DNA from: an uncultured Candidatus Saccharibacteria bacterium
GTDB lineage: Bacteria > Patescibacteriota > Minisyncoccia > Phycocordibacterales > SBAW01
Direction: 5' to 3'
Assembly (NCBI GenBank): GCA_964566795.1
Contig: CAZMIU010000001.1
Location: forward strand, 79,388-143,387
Length of the DNA: 64,000 nucleotides
Shown: piece after piece, positions 1 to 9,284 of the stretch
Numbering within the stretch: position 1 is the stretch's first letter
Layout of the letters: every line of letters begins with the position of its first letter
Notes under the pieces: generated by a model
The model's database searches: none
Told to the model about the DNA's origin: nothing
Seen by the model: the letters and a program-made list of their open reading frames with translations, nothing else
Translations under genes and position numbers: made by a program

Positions 1-5
1 TACTA

Positions 6-818
6 ATGGACGATATTCTAAACATGCCAGACAAGCCATCAACCAAGAGAAATGCAGCAGGTCAAGTACTAAACTTATACAAAAAACTGGGAGAGACACC
101 GCGAGAGAGGCTCGAGAGGCTGCGAGTGCAGAAGCCGCACTATGCCCACGAGGTGCTCTCCTATGCCGGGCGGCTCGACCCTATGGCCGAGGGCGTGCTT
201 TTGTGTCTGGTAGGAAGCGCCAACAAGCGCCGCGACGCCTACTTAGACTTAAATAAGGAGTACAAGCTCGACATATTGTTTGGCTTTTCAACTGACACTT
301 ACGACATACTGGGCCGCGTGATGGAGACGGGCGACCCGGCAGGATTGACCAAAGCGGCACTGCAGCAGGCCTTAAACGAGTTTAGAGGGCATCTAAGCCA
401 GGAGTATCCGCCATACTCATCCAAGCCCGTGGAGGGCAAGTCTCTCTTTGAGTGGGCACGCCAAGGTGCGCTCTCCTCAATTTTGCTCCCTAGCCGCCAG
501 GTGACAATCTATCACTTAGACATTGAGAATTTGTACAAGGTTAAGGAGTCTCAGCTCCTGCAATATATAGAAGACGGGGTGGGCAAGGTTAATGGCGACT
601 TTAGGCAAGAGGAGATACTGATGGCCTGGCGCCGCAACCTTAAGGCCAAAGGCGACCGCGAGTGGCCCTGCGCCACCATTAAGATTGAGTGCTCAAGCGG
701 CACCTATGCGCGCTCGATAGCCCACGGCGTGGGCCGCGAGCTTGGCGTCCCCGCGCTGGCACTCCATATCCTCAGAACCCAAGCGGGCGAGTATAGGGTT
801 GAAAAGTCCTTAAAGTAG
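6..818 (+). CDS. truB: tRNA pseudouridine-55 synthase TruB
   Basis: GRLDPMAEGVL catalytic-Asp motif and KEY..DTYD core typical of TruB; ATG at 6. Confidence 0.8.
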   Translation: MDDILNMPDKPSTKRNAAGQVLNLYKKLGETPRERLERLRVQKPHYAHEVLSYAGRLDPMAEGVLLCLVGSANKRRDAYLDLNKEYKLDILFGFSTDTYDILGRVMETGDPAGLTKAALQQALNEFRGHLSQEYPPYSSKPVEGKSLFEWARQGALSSILLPSRQVTIYHLDIENLYKVKESQLLQYIEDGVGKVNGDFRQEEILMAWRRNLKAKGDREWPCATIKIECSSGTYARSIAHGVGRELGVPALALHILRTQAGEYRVEKSLK

Positions 819-847
819 GGTATTGTGCGTGGCGAAAGGAGTTCCCC

Positions 848-940
848 ATGCGCCCTATTGAAGTGCTTGCCCTCATAGGCGTCTTGATCGTCATATTTGG
901 GCCGGCAGCCTGCACGATTCTGATGCCACACGCACATTAA
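848..940 (+). CDS. small hydrophobic peptide (30 aa), hypothetical
   Basis: AGGAG 7 nt upstream of ATG at 848; MRPIEVLALIGVLIVIFGPAACTILMPHAH; not in ORF track (<60 aa). Confidence 0.25.
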   Translation: MRPIEVLALIGVLIVIFGPAACTILMPHAH

Positions 941-972
941 AAAGCCCCGCCTTTGGGCGGGGCTTTTCTTTA
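941..972. terminator. bidirectional rho-independent terminator (truB/small ORF and nrdB)
   Basis: GCCCCGCC-tttg-GGCGGGGC stem flanked by A-run and T-run. Confidence 0.6.
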
Positions 973-1962
973 CCAGTCGAGCTCGCCGGTTTTGTACTCG
1001 GTCACGCGGGTCTCAAAGAAGTTCTTTTCTTTGGGCATGTCCATAATCTCGCTCATCCACGGGTACGGGTTGTCCTTGTGGTACTGGCGCTCGAGCCCTA
1101 TTCTCTCAAGCCTGCGGTCGGCGATGTGCTCCACGTACTGCTTGACCGTTTGGGGCACGAGCCCCACGATGCCGCGCGGCAGGCAGTCGTCCACGTAGCG
1201 CTTCTCTAGCTCGACACCGCGCTTGATGTTGTCTACCAGAGTCTGCTTAAACTCAGGCGTCCAGATCACCGGGTTTTCCTGCACAATAGTGTTTATAAGG
1301 TCTGCGCCAAACGCCAGGTGCACCGACTCGTCGCGCAAAATAAACTGGAACTGCTCGCCAATGCCGACCATGCGGTTTTTGCGCAGCATGGAGAGCATCA
1401 TGACAAAGCCCGCATAAAAGAATATGCCCTCCATGATGACGTAGTATCCCACCAGGTCGTGCACAAACCGCTTGATGTTCTCGACCCCTTGGGTAGTAAA
1501 GGTGTCGCTAAAGACCGACTTGGTCATCTCTACCACAAACTCGTCCTTTTCTTTTATGGAGGGGACGTTTTCATACATCTTGTATATCTCGTCGGGGTTG
1601 AGCCCCAGCGTGTCGCAGCAGTAGATAAACGTGTCGGTATGCACGGCCTCCTCGTAGGCCTGGCGCAAAATGTACTGGCGTGCCTCGGGGTTGGTTATGT
1701 GGCGATAAATTGCGAGCACCAGGTTGTTGGCAGTGAGCGACTCTGCGGTAGAGAAAAACCCGAGATTCCAGAGAATCATCCTTTTTTCGTCTTCACTTAA
1801 AGCGCCTGGCTTTTTCCATAGCTCAACATCCTGCTGCATGGAGACCTCCTCGGGCACCCAGTTGTTGGCCACGCCCTTTTTGTAATGGACGCGGGCCCAC
1901 TTGTACTTCATCGGAAGTATTTTGTTCGGGTCGGTGGTAGAAGCTCCGTTAATTATTCCCAT
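970..1962 (-). CDS. nrdB: ribonucleotide reductase class I beta subunit (R2)
   Basis: ferritin-like R2 sequence, C-terminal ..TGELDW tail typical of NrdB. Confidence 0.9.
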   Translation of the reverse strand: MGIINGASTTDPNKILPMKYKWARVHYKKGVANNWVPEEVSMQQDVELWKKPGALSEDEKRMILWNLGFFSTAESLTANNLVLAIYRHITNPEARQYILRQAYEEAVHTDTFIYCCDTLGLNPDEIYKMYENVPSIKEKDEFVVEMTKSVFSDTFTTQGVENIKRFVHDLVGYYVIMEGIFFYAGFVMMLSMLRKNRMVGIGEQFQFILRDESVHLAFGADLINTIVQENPVIWTPEFKQTLVDNIKRGVELEKRYVDDCLPRGIVGLVPQTVKQYVEHIADRRLERIGLERQYHKDNPYPWMSEIMDMPKEKNFFETRVTEYKTGELDW

Positions 1963-2238
1963 ACAGATTTACAGATTGACTGAATTGCTAGCGGCTAGTA
2001 GACCCATTTTAAGGCTTGCCCGGGGGATAGGGAAGTGGATTGCAAACCAAGAAACAGGTTTGGTGGTTGACACTAGTGCGCAGACCATTGTATTGTTCTA
2101 TGGAACCTTCAGTAGGGAGTGTTTGATGCAGTTCTTTTGTGGTTTGGAGTGGGTGCCTGTGGCCGCCAACGACAACGACGGCCCGTGGCCGCATATCCCA
2201 TTCCCCGACGGCTGGTACGCCAGCTGCTAGGGCCTCAA

Positions 2239-2287
2239 GCCCCGAGATGAAGAAGCCCCGGCTTCTCGCTCGGGGCTTTTTCTTTTG
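2239..2287. promoter_or_regulatory. strong hairpin plus U-run in nrdA-nrdB spacer (intra-operon attenuator/terminator candidate)
   Basis: GCCCCGAG...GAAGCC-CC-GGCTTC...CTCGGGGC nested stems followed by TTTTTCTTTT; A-run on other side. Confidence 0.4.
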
Positions 2288-2296
2288 TATGGTTGG

Positions 2297-5200
2297 TTAG
2301 GCGCTGCAGGACTCGCAGGCTTCGCTAAGCACTTCTATCTTGGGGCGGGATTTGACCGCAAGAGGCGCGCCGCCAAGCGTGGGCACACCCGAGGAGCCTC
2401 CCATGCTCGCCTCGGCAGTAAACATGCTGCCCTCGGCGTACGGCGCCTTGCGAGCCTCAGCGATAAGCTCCATCTGGCCGGCGTCCACCTGCGCGGCCTC
2501 AACAGTAGCCACCACCTCGCCCACACTCATAAGCGCCACAGCCTCTGCGGCATTTTGAGCCTGCGTGGCCTGAGCCATGAGTGTGTCCTGGGTCGAGACG
2601 GTTACGGTCTCTTGTATCACGACCGTGCTTGCAATGCCGGAGGCCACCGGGGCGCCCGCGTCGGTGCTTGTGGTGTGCTTGGAGCTATCTATGGTCGACT
2701 TCTCAATGCGCGACGCTCCAAGTGTGCGCAGGTAGTAGGTGGTCTTGAGCCCCAGCCCCCAGGCGTACTGATACAGCTCGCTTAAGACGCGCCCGCTAGT
2801 GCCACCGTAGAAGATGTTTAATGACTGCGACTGGTCTATCCAGCGGCCGCGGTAGGCAGCTGCCTTGATAAGCCACTGCGGCTCCATCTCAAACACCTCC
2901 TTGTACTTCTCGCGTATGCCCGGAGGTATCTCGTGGATGTCCTGGACCGAGCCGTCGTGGAACTTGATGCGCTCAAGCATCTCGCTGCTCCAGAGCCCGA
3001 GCTTTTTGAGGTCCTCAACCAGATACTCGTTGACTATCATAAAGTCGCCGGCCATGTTGGACTTTACGTAGATATTTTTGTAAATAGGCTCCACGGTGGG
3101 GTAGCAGCCCGCGATGTTTGCGGTGGTGGCGGTGGGCGCGTGTGCCTGGGTGTTGGAGTTGCGCATGCCCCACTGGCGCACAGCCTCGCGCACCATCTGC
3201 CAGTTGAGCGTCTCGTGGCGCGGCACATCTATGCGCATACCGCGCTCCTGCTCCAGGAGGGCCAGGGTGTCCTGGGGCAAGATCCCGCGGTCCCACTTGG
3301 AGCCCTTGTAGGTCTCATAGGTGCCGCGCTCTTTGGCCAAAAGCGCCGAAGAGAGTATCGCGTGGTAGGAGATCACCTCCTGAGACTCGTCGCTAAACTT
3401 GACCGCCTCGTCCGTGTCAAAGTTGATACCCATCTTGTACAGGGCATCCATAAGACCGCGCAAACCTAGCCCCACGGGCCTATGGCGCATGTTGGAGTTC
3501 TTGGTCTTCTGCGTAGGGTAGTAGTTAACGTCGATAACGTTGTCGAGCATGCGCATGGCAACAGGTACCACGCGCGCAACCAGGTCGCGGTCAAAGCGGG
3601 CATCCGAGGTTACAAACGCCCCCAGGTTTAAGGAGCCCAGGTTGCATACGGCCGTCTCAGTTTTGGAGGTGTTGAGTGTAATCTCGGTGCACAGGTTGGA
3701 GGAGTGCACGACGCCCACATGGTCCTGCGGGCTGCGGACGTTGCTCGGGTCTTTCCAGGTAATCCAGGGGTGGCCGGTCTCAAAGAGCATGGTAATGTGC
3801 TTGCGCCAAAGATCTGCCGCCTTGACCACTTTGTGGAGCTTAATGTGGCCCTCCTGGGCCAATTTCTCGTAGCGCTCATACGCCTCATCAAAACGCTTGC
3901 CATACAGGTCATGCAGGTCGGGCGTGTCAGACGGGCTAAACAGCGTCCACTGGCCGTCCTCCTGGAGGCGCTTCATAAACAAATCGGGGATCCAGGTTGC
4001 TGTGTTGAGGTCGTGGGTGCGCCGGCGCTCATCACCGGTGTTTTTACGCAGTTCCATAAAGTCCTCAATCTCGAGATGCCAGTACTCCAGGTATACCGCG
4101 GTGGCGCCGCGGCGGCGGCCCGAGCGGTTAATGGAGATGGTGACGTCGTTCTCTATGCGCAGGAAGGGGACCACGCCCTGGCTCTCGACACCGGTCTTAG
4201 ACACCAAAGAGCCCACCGCGCGGATGTAGGACCAGTCGACACCGAGGCCGCCGGCATACTTCAAGAGCTGTGCGCCGTCTTTGTACTCGTCAAATATGGA
4301 GTGCAGGTCGTCCGGCACGGTAGAGAGAAAACACGAGGAGAGCTGGGGCACGGTGGTGCCTGCGTGATAGAGGGTCGGCGAGGAGGGCATGTAGTACATC
4401 GCCGACATGATCTCGTAAAACTCTATAGCCTGGGCCTGGCGTGCCTCAGGCGTCTTCTCGGCCAGAGCGCAGCCCATGGCAACACGCATCCAGAATATCT
4501 GCGGGGTCTCCAGCAGCTTGCGGGTTTTGTGCTCCTTGGAGAGATAGTTGGAGTGCAAAGTTTGTAGCCCGAGGTATTTAAAGTCGTTGTCCCGCTCTAT
4601 AACAAGCGCCTCTGCGAGCTTGGGCAGGTCAAACGAGAGCATCTCTGGGTCAAACCAGCCGATCTCCACGCCTTTGTGCATGCTGCGGACAAACGCAGCC
4701 TTGTGCTCTTCCTCCAGGCGGGTGTAGTCGGCAATCGGGCCTATAACCTCGCGATACATGTGCTGCAGCAGGAGCCGCGAGGCCACATAGGAGTAGGCAG
4801 GGTCGCGCTCAATCATGCTTCGGGTCACCATGATAAGCACGTCGTGGATGTCGTTGGTAGAGATGCCGTCGTACATCTCCTGGCGTACGCGGGCAATAAC
4901 GCCGCGGCTGTCTATGACAGACTCGTACCCCTTGCTTGCATACTTTAAGGAGGAGGCAAGTTTGTCCTCGCTAAAGTTCTCGCGGCTGCCGTCGCGCTTG
5001 GTTATAAGGAGTGCGTTGTCCTCTATCTTTTCTGCAACTTCGGCCTTGGCCTCCTCGCGTGCCTTCGCATGCTCGTAGCGGTAGATAATATAGTCTTTGG
5101 CCACGCCAAAGTACCCACGCTCCATAAGCGCCATCTCTACCAGGTCCTGCACATCCTCCACGGTTGGTATAAACGCCGTGTTGCCAAACTTGGCCTCGAG

Positions 5201-5353
5201 CGTGTCGACAACAACCTTGGTAATTTGGATTGCGTCGCGGTCGTGGCTGTCGCCAGTCACCGCGGCAAAGGCTTTTTGTACGGCAACGGTGATTTTTGCG
5301 GGTTCAAAGTCGGCGATAGATCCGTTGCGCTTCTTTACCTTTGGGGTGGCCAT
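2297..5353 (-). CDS. nrdA: ribonucleotide reductase class I alpha subunit (R1) with duplicated N-terminal ATP-cone and long low-complexity C-terminal tail ending CESC
   Basis: two ATP-cone-like segments (VKKRNGS.. and LITKRDGSRENF..), catalytic core, terminal EACESCSA Cys pair. Confidence 0.9.
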   Translation of the reverse strand: MATPKVKKRNGSIADFEPAKITVAVQKAFAAVTGDSHDRDAIQITKVVVDTLEAKFGNTAFIPTVEDVQDLVEMALMERGYFGVAKDYIIYRYEHAKAREEAKAEVAEKIEDNALLITKRDGSRENFSEDKLASSLKYASKGYESVIDSRGVIARVRQEMYDGISTNDIHDVLIMVTRSMIERDPAYSYVASRLLLQHMYREVIGPIADYTRLEEEHKAAFVRSMHKGVEIGWFDPEMLSFDLPKLAEALVIERDNDFKYLGLQTLHSNYLSKEHKTRKLLETPQIFWMRVAMGCALAEKTPEARQAQAIEFYEIMSAMYYMPSSPTLYHAGTTVPQLSSCFLSTVPDDLHSIFDEYKDGAQLLKYAGGLGVDWSYIRAVGSLVSKTGVESQGVVPFLRIENDVTISINRSGRRRGATAVYLEYWHLEIEDFMELRKNTGDERRRTHDLNTATWIPDLFMKRLQEDGQWTLFSPSDTPDLHDLYGKRFDEAYERYEKLAQEGHIKLHKVVKAADLWRKHITMLFETGHPWITWKDPSNVRSPQDHVGVVHSSNLCTEITLNTSKTETAVCNLGSLNLGAFVTSDARFDRDLVARVVPVAMRMLDNVIDVNYYPTQKTKNSNMRHRPVGLGLRGLMDALYKMGINFDTDEAVKFSDESQEVISYHAILSSALLAKERGTYETYKGSKWDRGILPQDTLALLEQERGMRIDVPRHETLNWQMVREAVRQWGMRNSNTQAHAPTATTANIAGCYPTVEPIYKNIYVKSNMAGDFMIVNEYLVEDLKKLGLWSSEMLERIKFHDGSVQDIHEIPPGIREKYKEVFEMEPQWLIKAAAYRGRWIDQSQSLNIFYGGTSGRVLSELYQYAWGLGLKTTYYLRTLGASRIEKSTIDSSKHTTSTDAGAPVASGIASTVVIQETVTVSTQDTLMAQATQAQNAAEAVALMSVGEVVATVEAAQVDAGQMELIAEARKAPYAEGSMFTAEASMGGSSGVPTLGGAPLAVKSRPKIEVLSEACESCSA

Positions 5354-5383
5354 ACAGACAGGGGATTAGCTGGTAGTGATAAA

Positions 5384-5399
5384 TAACAGATATCTATTA
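5384..5399. promoter_or_regulatory. 16-bp imperfect palindrome in nrdA leader (candidate operator)
   Basis: TAACAGATATCTATTA, 7/8 half-site symmetry, ~30 nt upstream of nrdA ATG. Confidence 0.2.
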
Positions 5400-5544
5400 T
5401 CGCTCGATGCGCGTGAAATCGCCCTGTGCATAACGCATAACGGAACTAAATTCATCAAAACGCAACCGAAATTACACAAATTGACGCAAATATAGACTTT
5501 TTTGCCTCAAAATTGCCTTATTTTTGTGGGTTTTCTCCCACCAC

Positions 5545-5570
5545 AAAAACGGCTCCACTGAGCCGTTTTT
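5545..5570. terminator. hairpin with flanking A/T runs in nrdA / membrane-protein divergent intergenic
   Basis: AAAAACGGCTC-cact-GAGCCGTTTTT. Confidence 0.35.
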
Positions 5571-5645
5571 AGAGCTATTGATTTGTGTGCCAAACATGTG
5601 TTGTGGTTTTTATCCCACCCAAGCGAGACTGTAGTAGAATGTGGT

Positions 5646-6101
5646 ATGACTCAAAATGCGTGGAACTTCCTGTTCTCAGTCTTCTTCCTTATCGTGCTGG
5701 CGTGGTCGGTGCTGTGGGTGGGGCAGGTGCAGGGCGGCTACCCCACCTCGATCCCGCCGTTTGATGTCCTGCTCATATCGCTGGCGGCTTTCCGGATCAC
5801 GCGGCTCCTGGTGTACGACAAAATCGCGCAGTGGGTGCGCGATATCTTTGCCGGGGCACGGGAGGGCACTTTTAGCCACACGGTCGCAGACCTCCTGGCT
5901 TGCCCGTGGTGTATAGGCTTTTGGGGCGCGCTTGTGGCCGTGGTGGCGTACTACACCACCCCCTGGGCTTGGTTTGTCATACTCTTTTTGGCCTTGGCGG
6001 GCCTGGGCTCGCTCCTGCAGGTTATTGCAAACGGCATCGGCTGGTGGGCGGAAAACCTCAAGCTCGAGGCCAAGGAAAAGAACCGCGACCTTAGGCTCTA
6101 G
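5646..6101 (+). CDS. integral membrane protein with CPWC motif, hypothetical
   Basis: track ORF starts at GTG 5583; first in-frame ATG 5646; 4 predicted TM segments. Confidence 0.55.
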   Translation: MTQNAWNFLFSVFFLIVLAWSVLWVGQVQGGYPTSIPPFDVLLISLAAFRITRLLVYDKIAQWVRDIFAGAREGTFSHTVADLLACPWCIGFWGALVAVVAYYTTPWAWFVILFLALAGLGSLLQVIANGIGWWAENLKLEAKEKNRDLRL

Positions 6102-6574
6102 AACACGATAGGTACAACGAGCTGCCTGTCGTTCTCCGGCAGGCCGGACGGGTTGTCGTTGTGGAGGATCACTGTGCCCACAGAGCCCTTCTGCTGCGCG
6201 GGGAAGCTGAGCGTGATTGAAAACGGTACATACTCCTGCGTCATCCACTCACCCTGTGCCTGTGCCGGGCCCTCGGCAATCTTTGTTCCGGATGCATTTT
6301 TGATCTCGACGGGGAAGGAGGCCTCAAAGTACCACCCGCCGCGTGCCTTGCCCGTAATGGTTAAAGGCGAGGAGATAGTGGCACCATTTTTTAAAGACTC
6401 GACCACCAGCATGTCCTCAAACTGGGGGTTTGTGGCTGTAGTGGTTGTGGCTTGCTGTGAGCTTGTCGAATCCGTTGTCGGTGCAACCGACTTGCCCGGG
6501 AGTATAAAAAGGATAAGCGCTGCAACGATGATAAGTGCGGTTAGTATGCCCAATATCCAGCCTGTCTTGTTCAT
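6098..6574 (-). CDS. N-terminally membrane-anchored secreted protein, Gmad2/Ig-like beta domain candidate
   Basis: N-terminal TM, Thr/Ser-rich linker, beta-rich C-terminal domain. Confidence 0.5.
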   Translation of the reverse strand: MNKTGWILGILTALIIVAALILFILPGKSVAPTTDSTSSQQATTTTATNPQFEDMLVVESLKNGATISSPLTITGKARGGWYFEASFPVEIKNASGTKIAEGPAQAQGEWMTQEYVPFSITLSFPAQQKGSVGTVILHNDNPSGLPENDRQLVVPIVF

Positions 6575-6871
6575 ATACCCATAAGACTACCGCCCGAGCT
6601 GAAAATTACAAGCATACCTGTTGGGGCACAAGCGCCGGCGGGCCAGGACACCTCTAGGGTGGCCCAGCCCGCCGGCTTAGGTGCTTACTTTTTCCATTGT
6701 GTTGTTGACCTAGCTGCTACACTGTCTACAACTCACGGTGTGGTGCTGGGGTAACGGCGGCCGCTATGCGGCTCATGTGCGCCGTGCCCGCACAGGCCCT
6801 GCTAGCCTGCACACCCACATAGTACGCCGGCGGCCTTAAACAGATATGAATAATTGCATGAAGAAATTGCA

Positions 6872-7918
6872 TTAAGCGCTCATGTTTTTGTGGTGGGAGA
6901 AGTCGAGCGTACGCGTGTTTGCCTCTTGTGCCGCCTGCGCAGCTGCGCCCCCAAGCGGCAAGAGCACAGACACCACCGTGCCTCCGGGGCGCTTGGGAGT
7001 GCTGCGCCTGCTTTCTACCAGTATCTTGCCGCGGTGGGCGCGCACCATCTCGTTTACGATAGTGAGCCCCAGGCCCGCTCCCTCCTCCTGCCCTTTGCGG
7101 TTACGCGAGGAGTCGGCCCGGTAAAACGGCTCAAACACGTGCAATAGCTCCTCCTGAGTCATCCCCATGCCGGTGTCTTGTACCTCAAAGAGCACCATGC
7201 CCTCCTGGGGGCGCAGCACCGCCCGCACCATGGCATGCGCGCCGCCCGGCGTGTAGGAGAGCGCGTTTTTTATAAGGTTAGACATCACCTGCTCGAGAGC
7301 TGCCGCGTTGCCAAAGACAATAGAGCCCCGCTCGGTCTGGAGCGAGAGCTTGATGCTGCGCTCGCGCGCGAGCCCCTGGTAGTGCCTGACCACCTGCTCG
7401 CTCAGGGGGGTAAGGTCGAGGTTCTTAAACTGCATACGCTCGGGGCGCGCAAGCGTGTTTAAAGACAGGAGGTTGTTGATAATCTCGGAGATGCGGTTGA
7501 GCTCTCCGATAATCTCCCTAAAGGTTGAAGCCAAGTCCCGGTCAAGAGACTGGTCAAAGAGCGCCACTTCGCTGTTGGTCTTAATGATAGAGAGCGGGGT
7601 CCTGAGCTCGTGGGCGATATTTGATATGAACAGTTTTTGGTGGCGCAGGTTGTCGCGCGCCGGCTTGAGGCTCAGCCGTATAAGGAGCCCGGAGGCGCCC
7701 ACCGCCGCCGCAAGAAGCAGCACAAGCATAACCAGGCCGCTCTGAGCATACGCAGCAACCGCGAGTATGGCGCCCATGCACAGCAAGGTAAACCCAACCT
7801 GGAGGGCCACGATATGGGTCGCCGTCCTAAAGAACACGTCGCTTGTGTAGCTATGCGTGAACTTCTCCCAGGAGGCGGTAGCCCACGCCACGAACTGTCT
7901 CAAATAGTTGTTCGCCAT
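6872..7918 (-). CDS. sensor histidine kinase
   Basis: H-box HELRTPLS, N-box NLIKNALSYTP, G-boxes DTGMGM / GLGLTIV; 2 TM N-terminus. Confidence 0.85.
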   Translation of the reverse strand: MANNYLRQFVAWATASWEKFTHSYTSDVFFRTATHIVALQVGFTLLCMGAILAVAAYAQSGLVMLVLLLAAAVGASGLLIRLSLKPARDNLRHQKLFISNIAHELRTPLSIIKTNSEVALFDQSLDRDLASTFREIIGELNRISEIINNLLSLNTLARPERMQFKNLDLTPLSEQVVRHYQGLARERSIKLSLQTERGSIVFGNAAALEQVMSNLIKNALSYTPGGAHAMVRAVLRPQEGMVLFEVQDTGMGMTQEELLHVFEPFYRADSSRNRKGQEEGAGLGLTIVNEMVRAHRGKILVESRRSTPKRPGGTVVSVLLPLGGAAAQAAQEANTRTLDFSHHKNMSA

Positions 7919-8540
7919 CTTCGTTTGCTCCCAGCTTCTTTCTCAGGTTCTTCATATGCACATCAAGCACGTTGCTCCATGAGAGCGAGTTAAAGTCCCA
8001 CACGTGGTCAAACAGCTTTTCCCGCGATAAGACCTCGTTTGGCTGGCGCATAAAGCACTCCAGCAGCGAAAACTCCTTGAGCGTCAGCGGAATTTCCTGG
8101 CCGTCGCGGCGCACCACGCGGGTTGCCATGTCCATCTCAAGCGGCCCCACCTTGAGCGTGACCGGCTTTTGCTGCGCGGGGCGCCTCAGCACGGCGTTGA
8201 GGCGCGAGAGAAGCTCCTCAAAGCTAAACGGCTTTACGATATAGTCGTCTGCGCCCTTGTTGAGCAGGTCTACCTTATGCTCTGTTTCGTTGCGGGCAGT
8301 CAGTATGACAATGGGGGTGGTTACGCCCTCCTTGCGCACGGTCTCGGTAATAGTGGCGCCATCAAGCCCAGGCAGCATCAGGTCGAGGATAATAAGGTCG
8401 TATTCGTTTCTATACAGGAGTATGCGGCTGCGTGCCTTCTCCGGGTCGGGGAGCCAGTCTACGGCAAACCCCTTAAGCTCCAACCCCTTTTTTAGGGCCT
8501 TAGCCAAGCGCTCCTCATCTTCGACTATGAGTAGGTGCAT
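7851..8540 (-). CDS. OmpR-family response regulator
   Basis: receiver D..DLMLPGLDG and winged-helix ..TVRGVGYRL. Confidence 0.9.
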   Translation of the reverse strand: MHLLIVEDEERLAKALKKGLELKGFAVDWLPDPEKARSRILLYRNEYDLIILDLMLPGLDGATITETVRKEGVTTPIVILTARNETEHKVDLLNKGADDYIVKPFSFEELLSRLNAVLRRPAQQKPVTLKVGPLEMDMATRVVRRDGQEIPLTLKEFSLLECFMRQPNEVLSREKLFDHVWDFNSLSWSNVLDVHMKNLRKKLGANEDGEQLFETVRGVGYRLLGEVHA

Positions 8541-8639
8541 ACGGATGGTTTATGAACGATTAATACCCCATAAGTATGAGGCATACAACCTGAACTATTC
8601 ATGAACGCAGCAGTAAAGACAGCAAATACCTTGCAAATA

Positions 8640-9284
8640 CTAGGCTTTTTGGAAGGTCAGCCAGTCGTGTGGCAGCAGCCAGCGGGCTATGTGGTAGATG
8701 CCATACGTGATAAAGAATGCCGCCAACACGTCTATAGAGTAGTGCAGGTGCCCCAAGAGTACTACCACGCCAAAAAAGACCGACCATGCCAAAAACACAT
8801 ACCTAAGCCAGGGCGTGTGCCAGAATATGAGCGCCATGAGGAATGGTGCGCCCGTGTGACCCGAGAAGAAGTGGTCCGCGCCAAAGAACATGCGGGCAAT
8901 AGCAGGCGTAAACTCGTCTGAAGGCGCCTGCGTTATAAACGCGCCCACGTGCGTGAGCGAGACAAAGATGCAGCGTATGAGCACAAACAGGGTGAGCGCA
9001 TGGAGCACAAACGGGATACGCTTTGGCCTCTCTAGGCACAGCGTCGTGATAAACGCCACTAAGAGAAACATCCCATAGACAAAAAATATGCCCACATCAA
9101 AGACGGGCGTGTTTGAGAGGATAATGTCGCCCACCGGGTTGGTTGCGGAGTCGTTGGCAAAGTCTATCGCCAGGGGCTGCATGACAAATATTGCCACCAA
9201 AAACAGCCCCAGCGACACAACAGAATTAACCCACAGCTGCCAGTCTGACCAATGCTCGCGGTGCCGCTCTATAACCTTTCTCAT
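8640..9284 (-). CDS. PAP2-superfamily membrane protein (phosphatase/phosphotransferase-like)
   Basis: multi-TM; SGHT and HYSIDV PAP2 motifs. Confidence 0.7.
   Translation of the reverse strand: MRKVIERHREHWSDWQLWVNSVVSLGLFLVAIFVMQPLAIDFANDSATNPVGDIILSNTPVFDVGIFFVYGMFLLVAFITTLCLERPKRIPFVLHALTLFVLIRCIFVSLTHVGAFITQAPSDEFTPAIARMFFGADHFFSGHTGAPFLMALIFWHTPWLRYVFLAWSVFFGVVVLLGHLHYSIDVLAAFFITYGIYHIARWLLPHDWLTFQKA

Noticed and set aside
2933-3469. 178-aa plus-strand ORF, and several others (2285-2785, 3704-4567, 4676-4948), lying inside nrdA on the opposite strand
   Set aside because: They run antisense to a well-supported 1018-aa RNR gene and are typical high-GC shadow ORFs with Arg/Ala/Gly-rich low-complexity translations.
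2297-5353. Intein inside the oversized NrdA (and checked in DnaB)
   Set aside because: No intein block A/B/F/G motifs were seen. The extra length is explained by a duplicated ATP-cone and a C-terminal low-complexity tail. DnaB is a normal 461 aa.
5354-5480. NrdR box upstream of nrdA
   Set aside because: The palindrome TAACAGATATCTATTA does not match the acaCwAtATaTwGtgt consensus well, and no nrdR gene is visible. It is kept only as a generic operator candidate.
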